DNA of 64,000 nucleotides, taken from assembly GCA_045648305.1 (NCBI GenBank), contig JAZRNR010000163.1, positions 45,929 through 109,928 on the forward strand, read 5' to 3'. Positions 1 to 9,400 of this stretch are shown here, piece after piece. Source of the stretch: Acutalibacteraceae bacterium. GTDB lineage: Bacteria; Bacillota; Clostridia; Oscillospirales; Acutalibacteraceae. Numbering within the stretch: the stretch's first letter is position 1; every line of letters starts with the position of its first letter. The notes beneath the pieces were generated by a model that saw only the letters and a program-made list of their open reading frames with translations, did no database searches and was not told the DNA's origin. Both the position numbers and the translations under genes were made by a program.

Positions 1-1131
1 GATAAAACTAAGCTGAACGGTGTTTATGCCATAGCCGCAAAGTCAACGATTGTTGTAGACGGATACACCTTTACAGTACCGAATACAAGAACAGTAAGTA
101 TATGGGGCGGTGTGTATCTTGAAGGTATGGGTATATATAACACGGAATATGAATCGGACGGAACAAATAACGCTTTGACACTTGTGTGCCAAGTAAAGCA
201 TCCGCTGACTCTTGAACCTATTGCACAGAATGCCGATTACAGAGAAAACACTGAGGTTATTACAAGTTTCTGGCTTAAAAACAGTTATTCCGATAACTAT
301 ACACCGACAGAAGATGTTTCAGTAAAGTTCTGTGTGTATAAGGGTTCAACACTCATACACTCTTATACGAAAGCAAAAGTTGTTGTACCCGGCAACCTTC
401 ATAATCTGCTGTATTTCAAATGGAAAGTTCCGACAGGACTGAACGGTGCAAATGTCAGAATTACAGGCGAAATCGTTGATGACGGTGTTTCGTACAACAA
501 GGTTTCTGCAACCTATTCGACAACACCGTATGTAAAGGTGATTACTCCCGACACACAGTTTGAAAAGAAAGCTCCTGCAGGATTTACAATTCCCGAGAAT
601 ACAGGTGTTCAGGGAACAATATCAACTTGGTGGGAATACACTTATTCCGGAGGTAAGTATATTAAGACGGATTATTGTATCGGTCATATAAAAAATGCAA
701 TGACCATAACACCGTCGAATTTACAGACAGCGACCAAGAACGGCAGTGTATGGTATATGAATTCGGGTTACGGTATCAGGTTAGCTCTTGATAACGGTAC
801 TGATTCAGCAAAGGGCGGTTTCCCTGCAGCACCAAGTTCATCGTATACTCTTCCGCAGTATGCAGAATCATATTTTCCTGAATACGGTTATGCTGTGACA
901 ACGGGTACAGTCTCTACTCTGTCTCTTTCGGGCGGTAAATGGATATTCCCGAGTAACGGAAATTACGGCAATGTTCATTTCACTCCTCTGTGGTATCCTG
1001 ACGGAAGCTATACCGTAAGGGCAAAACTCAGTGATTTATGGACACCTGCAGGTATGATACATCAGGAGTATAAGTCAAACACAATCAATATCCAATACTC
1101 TGCTTATGACGATTGGTATGTAGGCAGATAA
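1..1131 (+). CDS. hypothetical protein, 5'-partial (runs off left edge)
   Basis: Frame 1 is open from base 1, so the ORF-track start at 112 is an internal GTG. Stop at 1129-1131. No motif recognised. Confidence 0.6.
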   Translation, partial: DKTKLNGVYAIAAKSTIVVDGYTFTVPNTRTVSIWGGVYLEGMGIYNTEYESDGTNNALTLVCQVKHPLTLEPIAQNADYRENTEVITSFWLKNSYSDNYTPTEDVSVKFCVYKGSTLIHSYTKAKVVVPGNLHNLLYFKWKVPTGLNGANVRITGEIVDDGVSYNKVSATYSTTPYVKVITPDTQFEKKAPAGFTIPENTGVQGTISTWWEYTYSGGKYIKTDYCIGHIKNAMTITPSNLQTATKNGSVWYMNSGYGIRLALDNGTDSAKGGFPAAPSSSYTLPQYAESYFPEYGYAVTTGTVSTLSLSGGKWIFPSNGNYGNVHFTPLWYPDGSYTVRAKLSDLWTPAGMIHQEYKSNTINIQYSAYDDWYVGR

Positions 1132-1187
1132 ATATGTTTAAGGGTGGCATTTTGTCACCTTTATGTTTTTATGAGGAGAATTACAGA

Positions 1188-1514
1188 ATGATATGTAACT
1201 ACAGTAATGTGTTAGCCACAAAACACGGCATCAATGCTGCTCTTATTGCAGGATATATCAACTACTGTCTTGAATCTTGCAGATTTACAGTAGAAGAAAA
1301 CGGTTGCCGTTGGGTAAGGCTTTCGCAGAAATCAATAACAGGTGTTTTTCCCTTTATGGGTGTTTTTGCAGTAAGACACGCCGTCAGAAAACTCAAAAAC
1401 GCAGACATTGTTGTTGTAGAACAGCTAAAAAAGAAACGCTTTGACAGCACAAATCATTACACACTCACGGAATACGGCAGAACCGTAATAAAAGGAGCTG
1501 GTGATATTGAATGA
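1188..1514 (+). CDS. small hypothetical protein, possibly winged-helix DNA-binding (ICE accessory)
   Basis: ATG at 1188 is preceded by GAGGAG (1173-1178). The ORF-track start at 1113 overlaps the upstream gene. The fold guess rests on length and basic helices only. Confidence 0.55.
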   Translation: MICNYSNVLATKHGINAALIAGYINYCLESCRFTVEENGCRWVRLSQKSITGVFPFMGVFAVRHAVRKLKNADIVVVEQLKKKRFDSTNHYTLTEYGRTVIKGAGDIE

Positions 1515-2109
1515 TAAAAAGCGTATGGCGGGTGCTTATGAAGTAACCCATTCATTTGAAATCGGTAAGAAAGAAATCATAATCGGAAAAGATGAAAACG
1601 CATCTCCCGAAGAAAGGTTTGTCGTTGCTGATTACGAAAACAACGGAATCTTTGAGAGATATGTAAACGCACTTGTCGGAAATGACTTTGCCGAAATTGC
1701 AAAGATATTTGCAGAGAGAATCAAAAATGAAGCTGAACGTGTAATGGATGAAATCTCAAAAATTGAGGTTGATACTACACCTATTTATGCTGACGGATGT
1801 ACCGTTATCAGTGCAGAAGATTCTATCAAAAACAAAGTTGTAGTAATCAGAGCCGATGTTTTTAAACCCGAATATCAGATTGCGACAATGCAGTTGCAGC
1901 TTTGTACGGGTGGTTTTGGCTGTGTGCCGCATTCAAGAGGTTCAGCCTGCTTCTGTACTAATCTTTACAGCGGTAAAGAGTCAAGATATGAACGCAGAGA
2001 TATTCTCGGTGTTATTGAAAAAGACAAACTCCCTGATTGGGCAAAAGAAAGACTGGAGGCAGTTCAGAAGGAACGAGCCGCAAGAAGAAAGGAAAATGAT
2101 GCAAGATGA
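1501..2109 (+). CDS. conserved ICE-associated hypothetical protein
   Basis: Long ORF tightly packed with neighbours. AAGGAG at 1493-1498 favours TTG 1507 (or ATG 1525) as the true start. Cys-rich stretch CTGGFGCVPHSRGSACFC. Confidence 0.6.
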   Translation: MILNDKKRMAGAYEVTHSFEIGKKEIIIGKDENASPEERFVVADYENNGIFERYVNALVGNDFAEIAKIFAERIKNEAERVMDEISKIEVDTTPIYADGCTVISAEDSIKNKVVVIRADVFKPEYQIATMQLQLCTGGFGCVPHSRGSACFCTNLYSGKESRYERRDILGVIEKDKLPDWAKERLEAVQKERAARRKENDAR

Positions 2110-3059
2110 CAGATTTATTTATTAATCCCATTACAGAAGACCTTGAAAAATACACATTCAAACAGAGCAATCAGTTATATCAGCAGACAGGATGTATAGG
2201 TTATCTCCGTGCAGATCTCGGAGCGAGCGGAACTGAGTTCTTTTCAACATGGAATGATACCTGCACATTCTTTAAAACAGACGAGTTCAAGAAGGAATTT
2301 GATGACTTAATCAATGCCCTTCGTCTTGATGAAAAGTACGGCAGATTGCTTGGAGACAGAACCAAACTTGCTGAGTATTGCAAAAGAAAAGCAAAGCAGT
2401 ACAGCGGTATGGATAATGAGTATTACGGAGTAACAATAAACACTGAAAATTACACGTATCTGTTAAGACTCAATCCGAAAATCGGTCAGTATAATCTTTA
2501 CTGTTATTGCTTTGTAAAGCAGTATCTTGAAACACATCTTGTTGCTGCAAGCAGGGGCATAAGGTTCATAACCCCTTCATATAAACCTGTGTTCACGATT
2601 CCGGACGGTGACAAAATAAGGATCATCCATTCTAATGGCGAAAAGTATGATAAGAGCTGCAGATATATAGACGATTACCATACAGAGGTTGGTGACAGAC
2701 TCTATCATATCTGCGAGTTTGCGGAGCTGATGAAGAATAACGGAAGCAAGGTCATTCCGCTTCGTTCATCACTTCCCGAAAGAGCATACAATGTACACCC
2801 GACTGACGGCAGCCTCATAATCATCACAAAGGGCGAATCCGGTTATACAGAATCAAATAACGGTGAAATAGACTCGGAAAAGAACAGAAAACTCGCTGAC
2901 GGTCATAATTCCGAAATGGGTGTTACCAAGGCACAGGCAGAAGCAATGCTTGCAGGTTCTATGTTCGGCTGGCACGTACAGGGAGCTGACCCTAAAAGCT
3001 ATGATGAAAACGGTAAGTTAATTCAGCAGAATCATCATATGCGAGGTGAAGCACGATGA
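2106..3059 (+). CDS. conserved ICE-associated hypothetical protein
   Basis: ATGA overlap with the upstream stop indicates translational coupling. No catalytic motif recognised. Confidence 0.6.
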   Translation: MTDLFINPITEDLEKYTFKQSNQLYQQTGCIGYLRADLGASGTEFFSTWNDTCTFFKTDEFKKEFDDLINALRLDEKYGRLLGDRTKLAEYCKRKAKQYSGMDNEYYGVTINTENYTYLLRLNPKIGQYNLYCYCFVKQYLETHLVAASRGIRFITPSYKPVFTIPDGDKIRIIHSNGEKYDKSCRYIDDYHTEVGDRLYHICEFAELMKNNGSKVIPLRSSLPERAYNVHPTDGSLIIITKGESGYTESNNGEIDSEKNRKLADGHNSEMGVTKAQAEAMLAGSMFGWHVQGADPKSYDENGKLIQQNHHMRGEAR

Positions 3060-3192
3060 GATTCATCGTCAGAAATGAAGGTTAATGAAAGAAAATTAGG
3101 TTGCAAAAGATGCAGATTCAGGGACGGATATGTGTGTAATATCTGTTGGAAAAAGGTATACAAAGAATTTTACGAAAGAAAGGAGAAGGGCA

Positions 3193-3495
3193 ATGCCAAA
3201 AAGAGCAAAAACGAGTAAGATACAATCCAAGTTTGAAATAATTGAAAAGTTTGCTTTGCATGGAATCACTACGGAAGAACAGATAAAAAACCTCACACCG
3301 ACAGAGGCATTGAGTATGAAAGATATATCCTTTGATGATATTTCTCTTATTCATAAAATTCAGGAATGTGTGAAAGAAAACAAAATATTTTCCTTTCTTA
3401 CCGCAGAAATAACCGACACTGTTGAGATTAAAAGCACAGAAAAGCCGCCGAGAAAGGCTAAATCAAACAGTGAGGTGAAACCTGATGGCGAGTAA
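3193..3495 (+). CDS. small hypothetical protein
   Basis: ATG 3193 is preceded by AAAGGAGAAGG. The 3' end overlaps the start of the giant gene. Confidence 0.5.
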   Translation: MPKRAKTSKIQSKFEIIEKFALHGITTEEQIKNLTPTEALSMKDISFDDISLIHKIQECVKENKIFSFLTAEITDTVEIKSTEKPPRKAKSNSEVKPDGE

Positions 3496-6400
3496 ATTAC
3501 AGATTATCAACGCTATGTTCGATGATGAAGTGAGCAAGGTTACGGACAGTTATGACAGGTGGACATCATTTCTCAGAACTGCATCCAATAACTATAAGTA
3601 TAACTTCCACGAACAGATTTTGATTTACAGCCAAAGACCTGATGCAACGGCCTGTGCAGAGATAGGTTTTTGGAATGATAAAATGAACCGTTGGGTCAAT
3701 CGAGGTGCATCGGGTATTGCATTGTTTGATTACTCAGGTAATTATCAGAGATTACGATATGTTTTTGATGTTTCGGATACAAATTCATTTTACGGTTATG
3801 AGGTTCCACGATGGGAAGTAAAAGACCGTTATCACAGTGAAATTGCCGAAGCTTTGACCAATGCTTTCGGTGATACAGCCGAGGGAGGTCTTGAAAGTGT
3901 AATTGACGATACTGCGAGAAATATGGCTGAAGATAATGCCATTGACTATATCTCAACCTTGAAAGACAGTGCAGACGGCAGTTTCCTCGAAGAGCTTGAT
4001 GAAGATAATATTTCGGTTGTTTTAAAGAACACTCTTGCTTCAAGTATCGGATATATGATGATGACAAGGTGTGGTATCAATGCAGATGAATTTTATGACC
4101 GTGAAGATTTTAAAGACCTGTTTAATTTCAACACTCCGTCAACAGTTATTGCAATGGGCGTAGCAGTAAGTGATATTGCGGAAATGGGTCTTCGTGAAAT
4201 CGAGAGTACGGTAAAAAATATTCAGAAACTTGAGAAAAAACAAAATCGCACATTTGTCAATGTAAAAGAAACCGAGTATGATGAGGGTGCAATAAACCAA
4301 ACTGAAAGGAGAAATGAAAATGTCACAGATGAGTTACAGACAGGTAGGGGATTATCAGATTCCGAATCTCACATTGCCTCCCGAGGAGAACGTTACACTT
4401 GGGAAGTACGGTATGATGAGGAAGAAATACCTGATGGAACACAGGAAGGTCTATTTCACTCAGTTGATAGCGAAGGGCGAACTGATGCGAACCGTCAAAC
4501 AGACGGAAACCGAAGCTTTACAGATGACGGAGCAGCTGACCGGACAGCTGATGAAATCTTGGGGAGTGACGGAGGAACTCAAAGCATCAGACCCGATGAA
4601 GTGGGTAGGCTTGATGAACAACATCAGGATGACAGTCGAGGAAATCGTGATGAAGGAACTGATTTACAGTTAAGCGGACACGACTTTGATGCCCGTTGGA
4701 ATGGTGTCGAATATTTCCACCAAGACAAACAAAAAAGTGAGTTAATAAGGTCTTTTTTAACTCCGCATACAGAAGAAATCGCTATGTTCTATGAAAGTCA
4801 TTCAGACAAACAGGAACGTAGCGATTTTATTAAGTCTTTCTTTAATTCAATACCTTATGAAACAACACTCACAAACGGGGTAAAAGCAGGTTTTGAAGCA
4901 TATTCCGATGCTATCAGATTATGGCGTGATGACGGAACCGAACTCCGGGAAGCTTGGTCAAAATGGTTTCAGATTGAGCGTTCTGTTTTCGGTATGATAC
5001 TCATTGAAGAATGGACAGAGCCGCAGGCTTTGTTGTTACCCGGTGTGGAAACACAACTTGAATTCATCGGCACCAAAGTAAAGGATGCTGTTCTTCCGTT
5101 ACCGCAGGGTGCTATTGACTATGTGCTTGGCAGTGGCAGTGGTTTTAGTGAAGGTAAAATGCGTGTGTACCGACAGTTTACCGAAAGTCTTTCAAAAGAA
5201 GATAATATCAAGTTTTTGAAAAATGAGTATGGTACAGGCGGCGGTACAAGTGTTATCCCCGGTACGGGTTATTGGGAAAACCACGATGCTAAAGGTATTG
5301 AAATATCTGACCATTACAGTGTTCCTGAAAGACGAACTCTGCTTAAATGGAATTATGTTGAAAAGCGTATTTCCGAACTCATAAGGCTCGACAGATATCT
5401 GAGTCAGAAAGAAAAGGAAATGTATCCTCAGTGGCTTGAAGAAAGAATTGCAAAGGAAGCAGCGTGGAAAAAGACAAATGAAATTCGTCAGATAATCCGT
5501 GATGCTCCTGAAAAGCAGGGTCCACCGAAGGAATACAGATTTGAATATAACCTCGGTGATACGGTGTATATCGGTGCTGATGAATACACCATACTTTCTC
5601 TTGAAGACCCCGTCATTCTTAATGACAGCCAATATCCGTTATTCAGCAAGGAACTTTCTAAGGCTGATTTTGAACAAAAGATAAAAGAAAACCCTGCCAA
5701 CAACCATTTAAGAGTTGAAGTTGCAGTTGAAATACCTGTAATTAATAACGAACTCGAAACAGAGGTTGATGACAGTAATAAACCGGATTTCTTGGTTCAG
5801 TATGAGCAGGTAAAAAAGGAAAATCCCGATGGTGTACTTCTTATGCATACAGGTGGGTTCTATATTGCATTTGGCAAGGATGCTCAAACACTTTCAAAGT
5901 ACACACATTATACTGCTCCGGGAAAAAATTTCTACGGAAATGTCTTTACTCCTTGTTGTGAAGTTCTCGACTTCAATCTCAGCTATTGTCAGAAAGAGCT
6001 TTACGCAAACAATAACATTAATATTGTTATTATGGAGGTTGACAAAGGTGTTGTTGACAGATTCCCGACACCTTCAGTTGAAATAACTGAAACCTTTGAT
6101 GTTGAATATACCGATGCTTTCTTCGTAAATGACGGCAGTAATAATGTTGAGTGGATATATTACAATCCTGACGGCAATGACGGTAAGGGACAGTTTGTTA
6201 ATAACCTTATAACTTTCGAGGATATTTTAAAGGCAGCAGAGCTTCATACGGATGAAAAAGAGTTCTTTGATTATCTCGGTTCTGTTGCTAAACAGACACT
6301 TTCTGATTACGGCACAAAAGAATATAAGGAAGATTATGAGTATTTCCATTCTGCTGTTGATTTGACCGATTGCACAAATGAAACTATGCAGGCTCTTATT

Positions 6401-9400
6401 GAAGAAGCAAAGACTATTGAAAGAGATGCTCCTGCGAATCCTGAAAACAGCCGTGACTCCTATTGGGATGCTTACAATGATATAAAGCACGACAATCCTT
6501 CTTCTTTGGTGCTTTATCAGGTGGGAGATTTCTTTGAAGCATACGGTGAAGAGGCAAAACAGATAGCAAAGGCTCTTGATATTCACCTTACCGAAAGAAC
6601 GGTTTACGGTAATACAAGAGTAGATATGTGCGGTGTTCCGAAACACAGACTTGAAACGTATCTTGATATGCTTACAGACAGAGGTTTTGATGTTACTGTT
6701 TCTGCCTTTGAAAACGGAGAAAGAAAAACATTTTCTCTTATTTCCACCAACAAGGAAGACCCGGTTGAGTCCAGACCCGTAGGCAGAATTGATTATCTTC
6801 ATACAGACGGCACGGTTCGTGAAAGTATAGAATATACAAGCGAATATCAGTTCGTAAAGGATATTAAGGATGAGAATTACTACGGTACTCCGATGTCAGT
6901 CGTTGCTTATGCAGATAACGACGGTAATACCGTTTCACTTGACTTTATATCTGAACTTGACCCGCAGTTACAGAGCTTTCAGGTAGTCCGCAGTCCTTAT
7001 CTTGAAAAATCACTGTCTGAAAGACTTGTTGATTTTTATGAAAGCTTCGATTTTTACGGATTCAGAGATACTCTTGAAATCGGTGAGTCAAAAGAGGATG
7101 CGGCAGATAAGCTTGCCCTTGATTTGCAGAACCCGCAGTCCATTGATGCTGCTATTGCAGAGTTGGAAAGTCTTGTTGCTGAGGCAGACCCCGAAGATAA
7201 AGCAACAGCACAGCAGTTGATAGCTGAACTGAAAGAAGAAAAAGACAAGCTGACTGTTATTCCCGATGCGGAGCTTATAGGCAAAGAGGTCATTATTGAC
7301 GGTACCGCATTTGTTATCGAAAAGATTGACCCTGTGTTCGGTCAGGTTTCAATGCGTGACACTTCTTCACTGTATCCGATTAACCGTGTAGAAAATATCA
7401 ATGTTGTACGTGAGTATATAAATCAGCAGAACACACCGAGCTATTTAATAGAAAAGGTTGATGAAATATCTGCAGAAGAAAGCGGACTCCCGTTTGATGT
7501 AACCATTCAGACGCTTCGCACAGAAGCACCTACCTTAACTCCGCCTGTCTGGGAAGAAAAGAAAGAGAAGGTAACAACACTTTATCCTACTATTCCCGAC
7601 AGTGAAAAGCACAATTTCAGAATAACAGATGATAATTTAGGTGTAGGCGGTCCGAAAGAAAAATTCCGTAATAATATGGCTGCTATCAACCTCTTGCACG
7701 ATCTCGAATTTGAAAACCGTCTTGCAACTCCCGAAGAACAGGAAATACTTTCAAAGTATGTAGGCTTCGGTGGTCTTGCGGATGCTTTTGATGAAAGCAA
7801 AGCAAATTGGGCAGATGAATACAAGGAACTAATTGTTACACTCTCTCCCGAAGAATATGCTGCAGCACGAGAAAGCACACTTACTGCTTTCTATACACCT
7901 CCCGGAGTTATCCGTGCTATGTATGAAGCACTTGGTAATATGGGATTCAGCGAAGGTAATATTCTTGAACCGTCTTGTGGTACGGGTAACTTTATAGGTA
8001 TGCTTCCTGACAATATGCAGAAGAGTAATTTCTTCGGTGTTGAGCTTGATAGCTTAACAGGTCGTATTGCACAGCAGTTATATCAGAAATCAGGTATCAC
8101 AGTACAGGGTTATGAAAACGCATCACTCCCCGACAGTTTCTTTGATGTTGCCATAGGTAATGTGCCTTTCGGTCAGTTTAAAGTAATTGATAAAAAGTAC
8201 GACAAGAATAATTGGCTCATACACGATTACTTTTTCGGAAAGACACTTGATAAGGTTCGCCCCGGTGGTGTAATTGCATTTATTACTTCTTCGGGTACTT
8301 TGGACAAGAGAAATTCAAATGTAAGAAAATATATCGCACAAAGAGCCGAGCTTCTCGGCGCCATTCGTTTGCCGAATAACACATTTAAGGCTAATGCAGG
8401 TACCGAGGTAACTTCAGATATTCTCTTCTTGCAGAAAAGAGATACTCTTGTAAATGATGAACCCGATTGGGTTCACCTTGACCGAGATGAGAACGGTAAC
8501 GAATACAACAAGTATTTTGTTGACCACCCTGAAATGGTACTCGGTGAAATGGTTATGGAGTCCTCACAGTTCGGTTATTCCTTGACTTGTAAGCCGTATG
8601 AGGACAGAAACCTTACTGACCTTTTAAGCGAAGCAGTACAGAATATTCATGCAGAGATTACAGAGTTTGATATTTCAGAAATCGGTGAGGTTGAAGATAA
8701 TTCAGTTCCTGCCGACCCGAATGTTAAGAATTTCAGTTTTACTGTTGTCGAGGATAAGATTTATTATCGTCAGAACAGCAGAATGAATCCTGTTGATGTT
8801 TCTGCAACTGCTGAAAGCAGAATTAAGGGTATGATTAAAATCCGTGATTGTGTTCGTGAGCTTATACGACTTCAGACGGACGATTATACCGATTCTGCTA
8901 TTCTTTCTGCTCAGGAAAGATTAAACACCTTATATGATGATTTTACAAAGAAATACGGACTTCTAAATGCAAGAGCTAATAGATTAGCTTTTGCTGATGA
9001 CAGTTCATATTGCTTACTTTGTTCTCTCGAAATCGTTGGTGAAAACGGTGAACTTAAACGCAAGGCGGATATGTTTACCAAGAGAACCATCAAACCTCAT
9101 ATTAAGGTAACATCTGTTTCAACTGCAAGTGAAGCACTCGCTGTTTCAATCGGTGAAAAAGCAAAGGTTGATATGGACTTTATGTGTGAGCTTACGGGTA
9201 AAACGGAACAGGAACTCTTTGAAGAACTCAAAGGTGTAATCTTTCTTAACCCGGAATACACAAATGAGTATAGCAACGATGAAAGGTATCTCCCTGCAGA
9301 TGAATACTTGTCAGGCAATGTACGAAAGAAACTTGAACTTGCAAGACGAACTGCAGAGATTTACCCCGATGATTACAACATCAATGTTGAAATGCTTGAA

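Noticed and set aside
6227-6802. 191-aa reverse-strand ORF inside the giant gene, plus many other 60-150-aa antisense or alternate-frame ORFs (3696-4067, 5192-5632, 27032-27478, 44725-45057 and 45509-45874, among others)
   Set aside because: All are embedded in long, motif-rich genes. They have low-complexity or junk-like products and no RBS. Only the 4320-4673 ORF looked like a real protein.
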